DNA from: Rhynchocyon petersi
Taxonomy: Eukaryota
Length of the DNA stretch: 64,000 bases
Assembly (NCBI GenBank): GCA_043290085.1
Contig: CM091797.1
Location: 22,238,880 to 22,302,879 of the forward strand
Reading direction: 5' to 3'
Shown here: positions 47,330 to 59,150 of the stretch, one piece after another
Position numbering within the stretch: position 1 is the first letter of the stretch
How the letters are laid out: each line of letters starts with the position of its first letter
The notes under the pieces: generated by a model
What the model was told of the DNA's origin: nothing
The model's database searches: none
Seen by the model: the letters and a program-made list of their open reading frames with translations, nothing else
Made by a program: the position numbers and the translations under genes

Positions 47330-47720
47330 AAACCGAAGGAGGATTGATGCCTTTGAGCTGTGGTGTTGGAGAACAGTGCTCAGTATCCCATGGATGGCCA
47401 AGAAAACAAACAAGTATGTCCTAGAGAGAGTCCAACCAGAGTGCTCCTTGGAGGCAAGGGTGGTTAAGCTTCGCCTTACATATTTTGGACATGTTATTAG
47501 GAGAGGGCAGTCCCTGGAGAGAGGGATGTCATGCTTAGAAAGGTGTAGGGTTGGAGAAGGAGAGGCAGGCCGTCAACTAGATGGACGGACACGGTCACTG
47601 CAGTGATGGGTGTGAGCATTTCAGAGATGGTGAGGATGGTACAGGACAGGGCGTGTTTCAGGTCTGCTGTTCATAGGGTCACTATGAGTTGAGGGACTCA
47701 AAGGCACGTAACAACAACAA
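47330..47720 (+). mobile_element. RTE 3'-terminal fragment
   Basis: ORF 47259-47606 (…RRIDAFELWCWRTVLSIPWMAKKTNKYVLERVQPECSLEARVVKLRLTYFGHVIRRGQSLER…) and the tail '…ggcacgtaacaacaacaacaa'. Confidence 0.85.
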
Positions 47721-48683
47721 CAATTATAAAAAAATAGGCAAACAAATTTGAGAAAAGAAAGTAGAAATGACTTTTAACACCTGAAAAGTTGTTCAGTATC
47801 ACTAAAAGTACTTTCAATATAACATACACATTGCAATGTGATACTGTTTTCCATAGACCAGAGTGACAGTAACGAAAACATTGATGACATACCATGGTGA
47901 CAAGGAGGAGAAGCTAAGTCAGTAATGCGTAATTGTTGGGGGGGGTGGGTTTGCGATTCTTTTTTTTTTTTTTTTTAATTCAAATGCGCATGTGCAACAT
48001 TCAGTACCATAGATTAGGTGATCAATGGTGTAATTGTTTTTTAAAAAAGAAAAGTCATAAAAAGGATAATGGATATTGCAGTGGGCAACTTGGAACCAGA
48101 TATGCCTCACTATTACTATGGGGCTGGGACAGGGTAGGAGGTGGAAAGTTACAGAAGCTGGCAAAGTCCAGAAAATATTTTTAATAAAAAATTAGTGTGA
48201 TTTTTTTTTTTCTTTACATTTTGAAAATTAACTCAAGTTCATAAGATGAAAATTCAAACAAGTGTTTGTGTAATAAGAAGCAGAAGTTCCCCTTCCCCAT
48301 CTTTCTGGAGATAGATGTAGCCTGCATTGGATTGCAGACCATTCTTTGTATTCAGGAAGCCCAGCCAGGGTCTGAGTCAGTTATTGAGCAAGGGACAGAT
48401 GCAGTCAGTGTAGGGCTTCAAGCATTGTCTTGCAGAGATGGGGAAGGAGGGAAGCTTTTGAAGAAGGTAGTGCCCAGAAGCAGGAAAAATGGTGGTCAAG
48501 ATGATAATGAGTCAGCCATACCTTGCTACATTTTGGTAATAGTTAGAAGTCCTTCATGTTAAAAGGCATTTTTCTTTTAATTTCACGCAGTTTCTATTAA
48601 CATCTGTATCTGCTAGATGTATGAGTCTATGCTAAAAATAAAAATTCTTTTTCTACTGATTCATGAGGCCCTTCTCTTTTCAG

Positions 48684-48779
48684 AGGACTGCTTTTACCCA
48701 GAGTGGTTGAAGATCATGGTGTGAAGAGAACGGACATTGGCAATCTGGGGAGTGGGATTTATTTCAGTGATTCACTTAG
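48684..48779 (+). CDS. PARP4: PARP4 catalytic-domain exon: (R)GLLLPRVVEDHGVKRTDIGNLGSGIYFSDSL(S), containing the conserved Tyr of the GIYFSD motif
   Basis: Acceptor 'cttctcttttcag|agg' and donor 'cttag|gtgagt'. Matches human GLLLPKVVEDRGVQRTDVGNLGSGIYFSDSL. Confidence 0.9.
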
Positions 48780-48782
48780 GTG

Positions 48783-48856
48783 AGTGTCATATCCATAATC
48801 ATGCTACTCGTCATATCCATAATCATGCTACTCGTCATATCCATAATCATGCTACT
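48783..48856. repeat. 24-bp tandem repeat x3 (catatccataatcatgctactcgt/…cac), beginning 3 nt after the exon donor GT
   Basis: Direct reading: 'gtgagtgt|catatccataatcatgctactcgt|catatccataatcatgctactcgt|catatccataatcatgctactcac|acccatc'. ORF 48737-48943 shows the periodic HNHATRHIHNHATRHIHNHATH. Confidence 0.9.
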
Positions 48857-50243
48857 CACACCCATCTCGGAGGAATCTTGACTGAGTACTTACTGTATGT
48901 TGTTCTGTTTGTGAAAGTTTCTTGTTTAAAAGTAGGTCATTGAAAGTAGCCAGTTTTCTCTGTATATTCTAGAAATATGTTTTGTGTAGGAAATGTTCCA
49001 TTTCAGATTTCCTTTGTGATTTACTAGTCTGAAAGCTTTCACACGTGTTTACTCACTTAATACTTTGAACAGCTCTTTGAAGTGGTCTACTGTTATCTTC
49101 ATTTCTCAGGTAAGGAAATTGAGAGATGGAAAGGGTTTTCTTGCCTGAAGGTGACACAGCTAAGGTACAGACAAGGCTGGACTGCGTCTTTCCAGTCTTG
49201 TTTTTCTCCCAAGCCAGAAGTCTTCACGTCTGTACCGTATGACTTCTCTGCTGAACAGTGTATCTATTTTACATTCACTACATAAGGAGCTCTGGTGGTG
49301 TAGACGGTAGCGTGTTGCACTGTGGACCAAAAGGCCGAGTGTCACTGGTGGTTCCAAGCCACTGGTGGCTTTGAATGGAGAATATTCAGTGTCTTCCCAT
49401 TAAGGTTTACAGGCTTGGAAACCCAACTCAGAGCGTCGCTGTGAGTGGGCATCCACTTGATGGCTGTGAGTTTATACTGACTACATAACTTTGGAACAGT
49501 ATGTCTTCGTTAGTTTCCTTGTGAATATGTAAATTTACCTCGGTAATGGTCAAAGAGAACTGAATTGTCAACCCAGTGCTTGGCGCTGGAATGGCTTGTA
49601 ACTGGAGTGGTAGTAACCTGTGAACGGTCAACCCGTGACAGCCTTTTATAGGCACATGTAGGAGGTACATTCAGAGGCGTTCAGTAATGTGCCTAAGGTC
49701 TAATTAAATAATGGGTCCTGAGTTCAAGTCCAGGGCTAAATAAAGATCACTATCCAGAATAAAGATATAGAAAACAAATCACAAAGGAAAATACAACTCA
49801 CTGTGCAGATTGGCAAAAATCATGAAAGAAAAGTGATGAACAAATGGGGAAGAAGAGGGGGCGGTTGGGCACTTTTGTCAAGAGTGTGGGTGAGAGAGGA
49901 AGAAGGACAGGTAACAAGCCAGAGGGGACGAGGTCAAGGAGATTGGACATTGTATGAGAAGGATTTAAGTATGTGTATGCAGTAGAGATTAATCTTCCTC
50001 CAATCCTGATGCCACATTCTTACTCATTGAGCATAATTTCCCAAATTACCTGCTCAGTGTAAAGACTGAACAGGTATCGGTAAAGGGTACAGCCCTGGCT
50101 TACACCTTTGTTGGTTTTGAACCATGTAGTATTCTTATCTAAGTATAGATTGTCCCAACGGAGCATGGGAATACTGCATGATTCAAAATCAAGAAAGGGG
50201 TGCATCCAGGCCTATACCCTATCCCCAAAACTATTCAATCTGT

Positions 50244-50536
50244 GGTGGTGGTGTACCGTCGAGTCGTGAACAACTCATAGTTGGAGCACCTGGTGGGTTT
50301 GAACCGCGTGCCTTTGGGCTTGCAGCGCAGCTCTTTCACCACTAGGCTACACCAGCTGCAATCGGTGGTGGGGTACCATCGAGTTGTGAACGACTCATAG
50401 TGACTCTCCCGAGGGTTGCCAGAGGCAGTGTCTCGCACGGGAGTGGAAGCCACTCTTTCTCCCACGGAGCAGCTGGTGGATTTGAACCACGTGCCTTTGG
50501 GTTGGCAGCGCAGCTCCTTCACCACTAGGCCATGCC
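50244..50536 (-). mobile_element. Two tandem SINEs in minus orientation. The first (50244-50357) is internally deleted and the second (50360-50536) is full length.
   Basis: Repeated tails '…ccgtcgagtcgtgaacaactcatag… / …accatcgagttgtgaacgactcatagtgac…' and heads '…caccactaggctacaccagctgc / …caccactaggccatgccagc'. Confidence 0.8.
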
Positions 50537-52375
50537 AGCAATCTGTAGGCAGAGCAAATTATTCGGGGAGCAGTTCTCTATGAGGAAGAGCTTAGCATCA
50601 GGATTGGAGAAAGATACATCAACATCCTGCAATGTGCAGATGACACAACCCTGCTTGCTGAAAGTGAAGAGGACTTGGAAAGTTTACTGCAGAAACTCAA
50701 GGAATGCAGTCTGCAATATAGATTACAGCTAAAGCTCAAGAAAACCAAGATGCTCACTACTGGGCCAGTAGGGGACATCATAGTCTATTGAGAAATGACT
50801 CAACCTGTCAATGATTTAATTTTACTTGGATCCACAATCAACACCCTTAGCATCAGCAGTCGGGAAATCAAAAGACGCATCACATGGGGAAAGGCTGCTG
50901 TTAAGAACCTCTCCAAAGTACTGAAGTGTAATTATGTCTGTCCGAAAACAAAGGTACACCTGATCCAGACCATGATCTTCTCAATTAATTGCTATGCGTC
51001 TCAAAGTTGGATGTTGGCGAGGAATGACAGAAGAAGTATTGATGCCTTTGAGCTCTTGTGTTGGAGAAGAGTAATCAATATCCCATGGATGGCCAAACAT
51101 ACAAATATGTCCTAGAGTCCAACATGTATGTTCCTTGGAAGGAAGGATGGTGATGCTTCATCTCACGTATTTTGGACCTGTTGTCAGGCGTGACCACCAG
51201 TCCTTGGAAAAGGACATGCTTTGAAAGGTGGAGGGTCGAGAAAGAGAGGAAGACCCTTGACTAGCTGGATGGACACAGTGACAGCAGCGATGGGCTCCAG
51301 TGTGTCAGGGATGGTGAGTCCTGGTGCAAGATAGGGCGGTTTCAGACCTGCTACGAGTCATCCTTGTCTTGATGACACATAACAAGTATTCCCATACTCT
51401 GTTTGGACCACAGCTTCTTTATCCAGGTATAGATTTTGCATGAGTGCTATTAAGTGTTCTGCGATTCAATATGCAGCTGACACAAGCCTGATAGCTGAAA
51501 GCAAAGAAGACTTGAAGTGTTTACTGCAGAAGATCAAAGACTTGGTTTTCAATATGGATTATGGCTAAACTCAAGAAAACAAAGATCCTCACCACTGGGC
51601 CAATAGTGAACATCATAATCCATGCAGAAAGGATTCAAACTGTTGAGGATTTCATCTTACTTGGATCCATAATCAACACACTTGTCACCAAGCAGTCAAG
51701 AAATCAAAAGACATTATATTGGGAAATGTGATGATGATCGATACTGTTGACTTGTGACCAACTCATAGCTGACCCTCCTGAGGGGGAGTTGACATCACTC
51801 TTTCTCCATTGGAGCAGCTGGCAGATTCAAACCTTGTGCCTTTGCAGTGGCAGTGCACCTCCTTACCACTAGGCAGTGCTGGGAAAGGCTGCTGTTAAAG
51901 GCCTCTCCAAAGTACTAAGGAGTAATGATGTAAGTTTGAAGTAAAAGGTACATCTGATCCAAACCATGTTCTTCTCAATTACTAGCTATGCATCTGAAAT
52001 TTGGATGATGGGTAAGGATGACAGAAGAATTGATGCCTTTGAGTTCTGGTGGTAAAGAAGAGTACTCAATATGCCATGGACTGCCAAAAGAACAAATATA
52101 TTCTTGAGAGAGTACAACCAGAATGTTCTTTGGAGGCAAAGATGGTGAAACTTCGCCTCATATACTTTGGGCATGTTGTTAGGAGATGCCAGTCCTTGGA
52201 AAGGGACATCATGCTTGGAAAGATAGTGGGCCACCAAAGGAGAGGCAGACCCTCAATGAGATGGATGGGCACAATGACTACAATATGTCGAGGATGGTAC
52301 AGGATAAGGCAGGTTTCAGATCTGCTGTTCATAGGGTCGCTATGAGTTATACTCAACGCGATGGCACATGATAAC
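50530..52375 (+). mobile_element. Cluster of degraded RTE fragments (RT core to 3' region, at least three pieces), with a short minus-orientation SINE piece at ~51750-51890
   Basis: ORFs 50532-50732 and 50795-51115 (…ELLCWRRVINIPWMAKHTNMS) and 52049-52345 (…ECSLEAKMVKLRLIYFGHVVRRCQSLERDIMLGK…) are RT-like. The tail '…gatggcacatgataac' lies at ~52360. Confidence 0.7.
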
Positions 52376-53312
52376 TACATACAGTAGAGAAGGAGCTCTG
52401 GTGGTGTATGGAGTATGTTATGTGCTGCAATAACAGACGGTCAGTGGTTCAAATCCACCAGTCATTTTGATGGAGAAAAATGGGCAGTGTCTTGTCATAA
52501 ACATTTACAGCCTTAGGAACCCAGTGGAAGGTCACTCTTAGTTGGAATTGAATCCATGAGAAGGGAGTTGGGAAAGAACCTGTGGAAAGGGAGGAGTTTC
52601 TTATAGGGAGGAGCTTCTAGGAAGGACTTGGGGGGGGGGGGGAGATGAATTGCAGAAGATAAAGTCTGACTCTATGGGAGATGAAACCAAGACCAGCCAG
52701 ACAGTACATTGTGGTCTTCTGGATCTTTTCACACAATAGAGGTGTGCTTCAAAACTGATGATCCCAAGTTGTGTCCTAGCCCACTGCTTGTTCCTAATAC
52801 CAACAGTTGCTTCATGCTACTGATTCCCACAACGTGTTAAAATCTACCTGAATTTTGCTTCAAATAACTGTTTGAAACATCTGTTTTGATTCAGAGGCTT
52901 CATGAGAACTGACTCTGCCTTCCCCTTTGATTACTTTTTTCTGAAGTCCAGTGTGGAGAATGAAATAGATTTTTTTCCTAATAAAGAACATTTTCTTCTC
53001 CCTTTCACCTTGTGTTCTATGGCAAAAAAGATATGTTTTCATAAATATATGAGGGATATATACCTGGGAATGAAGTACTGCTTTGCATGATATAAAGGTG
53101 CTGTCCTCTTTGTTAAAAATATTGTGAATGAGTTAATAATACAGGGTTTTTTAAAAATAGTATCGTTTTGAATGGAATATTTGGAGCTGTTTCCAAACCA
53201 GTAAAATTTGGAATGTTCTATCAGGAAAGTCTTTTGAGCAGTATTTTTCTCTATAACTAAAAGCTATGTAACATAAATACGTATGTATGTATTATTTTTT
53301 CCTTCCACACAG

Positions 53313-53496
53313 TACAAGCATTAAATACTCACACCCTGGAGACACAGATGGCAGCAGGCTCTTGGTCATTTGTGATGTGGCCCTAGGGAAGTGTATGGAT
53401 TTGTACAAGAAGGACTTTTCATTAACAGAAGCCCCACAAGGTTATGACAGTGTGCATGGAGTCTCACAAACAGTAACTGTCATCTCAGACTTTGAG
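53313..53496 (+). CDS. PARP4: PARP4 catalytic-domain exon: (S)TSIKYSHPGDTDGSRLLVICDVALGKCMDLYKKDFSLTEAPQGYDSVHGVSQTVTVISDFE
   Basis: Acceptor 'ccttccacacag|t' and donor 'tttgag|gtacct'. Matches human STSIKYSHPGETDGTRLLLICDVALGKCMDLHEKDFSLTEAPPGYDSVHGVSQTASVTTDFE. Confidence 0.9.
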
Positions 53497-53706
53497 GTAC
53501 CTTTATCAAGAAATAGGCAAAGAATGTGGACTTTTTGCTCTTCTTAAAAGCAATATGTTTAAGTGTACATAACTTTGTGTATGTACTGTCTGGATTTACT
53601 GTTTTCCAAATTAGTAAACCTGAAGTTGTTTCATATGACTATCTGTGACAATTGGTTTTAGTCTTATTCCCCTTGTTAACCATCTGTTCCTTTCCCTTTG
53701 GCCTAG

Positions 53707-53863
53707 GATGATGAATTTGTTGTCTATAAAACCAATCAGATTAAAATGAAATATATTGTTAAATTTTCCATTCCTGGAGATCAGAAAAAAGACTTTCATC
53801 CTCAAGGTAATACAGCAGTAGAGGAATTCACTGCTGGGTTTTCAAGTTGTCCCACGTTTGAAG
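53707..53863 (+). CDS. PARP4: PARP4 catalytic-domain exon: DDEFVVYKTNQIKMKYIVKFSIPGDQKKDFHPQGNTAVEEFTAGFSSCPTFE(D), containing the catalytic Glu of the H-Y-E triad in 'DDEFVVY'. Ends in phase 1.
   Basis: Acceptor 'ttggcctag|gat' and donor 'tttgaag|gtaaga'. Matches human DDEFVVYKTNQVKMKYIIKFSMPGDQIKDFHPSDHTELEEYRPEFSNFSK. Confidence 0.88.
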
Positions 53864-54214
53864 GTAAGACCATTTTCTTTACTCTGTCTAGAATTCAAGC
53901 TTGGTGTTTCCTTCAGTTGGGCTTCTCTTCATTTCTTGTAACTATGTCTGCTACCCATGCTGGAATGCTTCCTTTTTATTTTATAGATGTAAAAGCTCAG
54001 ATGAGTGAGAGAGGTTGAGTGCTCTCAAAATTATATGTTATGTCATTAGGACCACGTTCCATTTAATTTGTCATTTCATTTAACTTGTCCATTCTAGAAT
54101 TGTTGTAGTTGTTAGGTACTATTGAGTTGGGACCTACTCATAGCTGACCCTCTAGCAGGTTTTCAGTGGCAGTAAATTGCGCTGAAGTTCATGTGTCATT
54201 CTTTCTCCCATTCC

Positions 54215-54960
54215 AGAATGTTGTTATGTGCCATCGAGTCAAAAACGACTCATAACGACTCTATGAATAGCAGACCTAAAACATGCCCTATCCTGCGCCG
54301 TTCTCGCCATCTCCGACACACTTACACCCATCACCGTAGTCACTGTGTCCATCCATCTATCCCAGGGTCTGCCTCTCCTTCTCTGACCCTCCACCTTTCC
54401 AAGCATGATGTCCCGTTCCAGGGACTGGCCTCTCCTCACAAAATGTCCAAAATACGTGAGACGTAACTTCACTATCCTTGCCTCCAAGGAGCAAGGACTC
54501 CTTGGTGGGACTCTGGCTAGCCTCTCTCCAGGACGTGTTTGTTTGTTCGCTTGGTCATCCACAGGACATTAAGCACTCTTCTCCAACACCACAGCTCAAA
54601 GGCATCAATTCTTCATCTGTCATTCCTAGTCATCATCCAACTTTCAGAGGCATGGCTAGTGACTGAGAAGACCATGGTTTGGATCAGGTGCACCTTTGTC
54701 GTCATAGTGACATCATCAGTACTCTTCAGTACTTTGGAGAGGTCCCTAACAGCAGCCTTTCCCAACGGGATGCGTCTTTCGATTTCTTGAGTACTGGAGC
54801 TAAGGGTGTTGACTCTGGATCCAAGTAGGATGAAATCATTGACAGTTTCAATCCTTTCTCCATTGATCATGACATGCCCTATTGGCTGTAGTGAGAATCT
54901 TGGTTTTCCTCAGGTTCAACCACAATCCATATTGAAGACTGCAGGCCCTTACCTTCTGCA
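54215..54960 (-). mobile_element. RTE 3' half
   Basis: Minus-strand ORFs 54239-54562 and 54613-54870 (…ILLGSRVNTLSSSTQEIERRIPLGKAAVRDLSKVLKST…TKVHLIQTMVFSVTSHASESWMMTRNDR). The reverse-complement tail sits at 54215-54280. Confidence 0.8.
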
Positions 54961-54974
54961 TAGTTAATCCTTAA

Positions 54975-55150
54975 AAAAACAAGCTCTGGTGGCCTAATGG
55001 TAAGGAGCCGTGCTGCCATCCCAAAGGCGCATAATTTGAATCCACCAGCTGCTCCACAGGAGAAAAAGTGGCATCAACTCCCGTGCGATTAACAGCCTCT
55101 GACAAACCACCGGAAGGTCCGCTATGAGTCAGTCCCAGCACGACAGTACC
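54975..55150 (+). mobile_element. tRNA-derived SINE (older subfamily)
   Basis: 'caagctctggtggcctaatggtaaggagccgtgctgccatcccaaaggcgcataatttgaatccaccagctgctc…'. Confidence 0.7.
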
Positions 55151-55564
55151 TAACAACAAAAGCCACAGAGCAGTTTTAAAGATGTTGTTGTTTTACACTA
55201 AGTTCTCTAGAGAAGCTAAAGCAATAAAGCATATCAATGTTGAAGCCTCAACCCTGTCGTACCTTGGTTGTATAATCTTAAATAAATAAATACCTGCCTT
55301 CAGACGGGAATAACAAATACCTGCTTCTCAAGGTAAATGAAGATATACCAGAAATTTTCATGTGTGGTTTATATCTTACTGTACAGATACATGAGAGAGT
55401 GATTACTTCTCAGAAAGTGCTAGCTTGTAACCCTGAAGAATTATAATATTAATTAGCAGGATTGTAAAAATGTACTAACAATTTTTATTTAAAAATAAAT
55501 TTTATATAAAATAATTTTTTATCGTAATGTGTAAGTTCACATATATTCAAAATGACTCCAGATT

Positions 55565-56300
55565 TTTCTTTGTTGTTGTTAAGTGCCATCGAGTCAAGGA
55601 CAACTCACAGTGACCCTACGAACAGCAGATCTGAAACCCGACCTATCCTGCACCATCCTCACCATCCTCACCATCCCTGAAACACTTGAGCCCATCATTG
55701 CAGTTACTTTGTCCAACCATCTAGTCAAGGGTTGATCTCTCCTTCTCTGACCCTCCACCTTTCCAAGCATAATGTCCCGCTCCAGGGACTGACCTCTTCC
55801 AACAACATGTCCAAAATGTGTGAGACGAAGTACAGCCGAGGAGCACTCTGACTGGACTCTCTCCAGGACATATTTGTTTGTCCTCTTGGCCATCCATGGA
55901 ATATTGAGCACTCTTCTCCAACACCACAGTTCAAAGGCATCAATTCTTTTTCTGTCATCTTTAGTCATTGTCCAATTTTCAGATGCATGGCTAGCAATTG
56001 AGAAGACCATAGTTTGGATCAGGTGTACTTTTGTCTTCAAATTGATATCATAACTCTCAGTGCTTTGGAGAGGTCCCTATCAGTAGCCTTTCCCAATGCA
56101 ATGTGTTTTTTTATTTCCTGACTACTGGTGCTAGGGGAGTTGACTGTAGATCCAAGGAAGATAAAATCATTGACAGTTTCAATTCTTTCTCCATCGATTG
56201 TGATGCTCCCCATTGGTCCACTGGTTAGAATCTTGGTTTTCTTGAGGTTCAGCCTCATTCCATATCAAACACTGCAGTCCTTAAGTTTCTGCAGCAAACT
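55565..56300 (-). mobile_element. RTE 3' half
   Basis: Minus-strand ORFs 55594-56040 (MKTKVHLIQTMVFSIASHASENWTMTKDDRKRIDAFELWCWRRVLNIPWMAKRTNKYVLERVQSECS…) and 56037-56258. The reverse-complement tail sits at 55565-55630. Confidence 0.85.
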
Positions 56301-57251
56301 TGTCAAGGAAAGGCATAAATGGTAAGGACAGTACAGGGTCTGGCAGGGTTGGGTCCGTTGTACATAGGGTTCCTATGAGTCAGACTCAACTCGATGCCAC
56401 CGAACAGCAATGACAACATGTATTTAGGTGTCTGTTTAATTTGGTATCTTCAAATTAATCCCATATTTCTGGATGCTCACAATGATGCTCCAAATCTCAA
56501 GATTATAAAAATATCATTGAAAATGTTGCCTCCGTGGTGCCCAATAATTTAACCAAGGTGAACAAATTATTGGGCACCATGGGTAGGGGTGGGGAGAGGG
56601 TGTTAAAAAAAAAATTCAGTCAATGGAGGGATGAAACAAGGGTAATGCAGTGTACAATGTATTAGACCTTTATTGTAAACCATTAATCACCCATTCTATT
56701 ATAGTGAATATTTGAAAGCTACAAATATATGGTTTTTTTTTTAAAAAAAGCTAAGATCATTGACAGTGCAAAGCTACAGAATTGGAGGAGGTGATTATAG
56801 AATTTTGGTTAGGGGGAAATTGTAGAATGGTTAAGGTAACGTTAAATAAAATACTAGTTTTTCCTTAAAAAAAAAAAGGAAAAAAGAAAATGTTGCTTCC
56901 ATTTTTTGTGTGATTTTATGCTTGAAGGGGGTCCCCGGGTGGTACTATGGATAACGTGGTGGCAGCTGAGGAAAAGGCCTGATTATCTACTTCTGAAAAG
57001 TCGGCCATGGAAAGCTCTGTAAAGTAACGTTCTCTCGTGCAGTTGCTGTAAATCAGCTTGATTGCAGCTGGCTGAATAGCGAACTAGCATACTTTTCAGA
57101 GTTTGCTACTGGAATTCAGAAAATGCTGTTTGTCTGCTTGTTATAAAAAAAGAATGTTTAAAGGGAAGGAGAATGAATGAAGATCAAGGTAACAAAAATG
57201 ACCAGGCAGATATGGTTCTAAAAACTAATGCTAACATTTTTTAATATATAG

Positions 57252-57376
57252 ATTACCAGCTACCAGACAGCAAACCTTTCAGCAGCGTCAAAGCTGGACT
57301 TCAGGACACATATGGGAATTTAGTTCCTCTTGAGGCTGTTGACATCAAGGGAAGAATAATGGACATTGTAGCCCAG
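57252..57376 (+). CDS. PARP4: PARP4 exon: (D)YQLPDSKPFSSVKAGLQDTYGNLVPLEAVDIKGRIMDIVAQ, phase 1 start and phase 0 end
   Basis: Acceptor 'taatatatag|att' and donor 'gcccag|gtatgc'. Matches human VEDYQLPDAKTSSSTKAGLQDASGNLVPLEDVHIKGRIIDTVAQ. Confidence 0.85.
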
Positions 57377-58437
57377 GTATGCTGTTGGTGGTCATATGGC
57401 ACTTAAACTAAATGGACATTAAGGATAAATGAGAATCTGATTGCTGCTGTATGAATGAAACAAATTGAGCTTTTCTGAAATTCATGTCCAGATGTTCTTT
57501 GAGCACCTGCTGTGTGCCAGGCACTGATCCAGGCTTCGGATATATACCAGTGAATGAAACAAAACCATTTGCCTTAAGGGCTAGGAATGCTTGCCTGAGC
57601 CCTCCAAAGCTTTTCCCTAGCTCCATTTTTTAAAAAAAATTTAAATGCATATGTATAACTTTCAATACAGTATATTATGCCTGTGTACAATATTCAGTAC
57701 AGTATATTAGGTGATTCATCCTACCCCTTTGAGTGGACTTAGCATCCTTGTCAAAATAAACTTAAAATAGAGATCAAATGCCATTTGGAAAAATCTCCTG
57801 GGAATTCTGCAGCTTAAAGAAACTCAGTAGTCATGTGACTTTAGATCTTTCTGGGGCTGGTTGATTTAATAAGCATTTAATAAGGTCGATTACGAATGCA
57901 TCCGGGATATTGGCCCAGACAGGGCAGCCTCTGATTGGCTGCTGCACTGTGGGGCCATGGTGCAATATCATGGTCAGAAGAGGGGGCAGAAAGACTACAA
58001 CAACCTCCAAATAGGCCCTCTAGACAAATACAAGATTCAGGCGATCAATGCCAGCAACTCTTGTATAATGAATATTGGTTTTGATCACATGGAGGGCTGT
58101 TGAAAAAAATGAAAGTGTGCAAGTGTCATTATATTGAGGACAGCTGTTCCGAGAGACTTGGTCAACTGGAACATTTACAAAACAGCCTCTCAGAAATGGA
58201 AATAATTTTCTATGGGAATGGCACAGACAAAGGCATTATTTGTTGCTTTGCCTCACTTAAGAAATCTTAAATATTTATTACATGATCTTAAAAGAAAAAA
58301 CTGTACGAGTCTTTGAGACATCACAGCCTTCTCTGAACCTAAAATTAGACTTAAAGTAAAAAAAAATCAGTAAGTATGTTATTTCCATATAGTCTGTTGA
58401 AATTGTTAATTGTAAACAACCACAAATATTATATAAA

Positions 58438-58612
58438 TGGCCTAGTGGTGAAAGAGCTGTGCTGCAAGACCAAAGGCACGTGGTTCAAACCTGCCAGCTG
58501 CTCCGCGGGAGAAAGAGTGGTTTCTACTTCCGTGTGAGATACCGCCTCCGGAAACCCTCGGGAGGGTCACTATGAGTCGTTCACGACTCGACGGTATACC
58601 ACCACCACCACC
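58438..58612 (+). mobile_element. tRNA-derived SINE
   Basis: 'tggcctagtggtgaaagagctgtgctgcaagaccaaaggcacgtggttcaaacctgccagctgctccgcgggagaaagagtgg…gggtcactatgagtcgttcacgactcgacggtataccaccaccacc'. Confidence 0.85.
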
Positions 58613-58964
58613 ATAATGATGTGTCAGATAATGGCATTTTAGAAGGGGTCGGACTATCCCATATAGAAAATACTTGTAGTTCACTATGGGTTGTAAGTTG
58701 GAGGTGAGAATTTGCATATATGAAATCATTTTAAAAGTAAGTAATGGCGGGGGAGCCAGAGAGAGAGGGATAGGATATAGGGGAAACTTGAGGGGGCTAA
58801 AATGCATTGACCAATTGTTAAAGTGTTATTAAAATAAAAAAGCAATGCAAAACTTGTTGCATGCAAATGTTGATGTTTCTTATTAAGCATTTCTTGATAC
58901 AGTGATACAGAAGACTCCAAAGTTATTTAAATGTCTGGCAGGTATTTTTAAAAATTGTATTATT

Positions 58965-59150
58965 GGGGGGGTACCGTTGAGTCATGACTGACTCATAGTG
59001 ACCCTCCTGAGGGTTTCCAGAGGCAGTATCTCGCACGGGAGTGGAAGCCGCTCTTTCTCCTGTGGAGCAACTGGCGGACTTGAACCGCATGCCTTTGGGT
59101 TGGCAGCATAGCTCCTTCACCACTAGGCCATGCCAGCTGCTCTTATTGTA
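58965..59150 (-). mobile_element. tRNA-derived SINE
   Basis: 'gggggggtaccgttgagtcatgactgactcatagtgaccctcctgagggtttcc…caccactaggccatgccagctgctc'. Confidence 0.85.
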
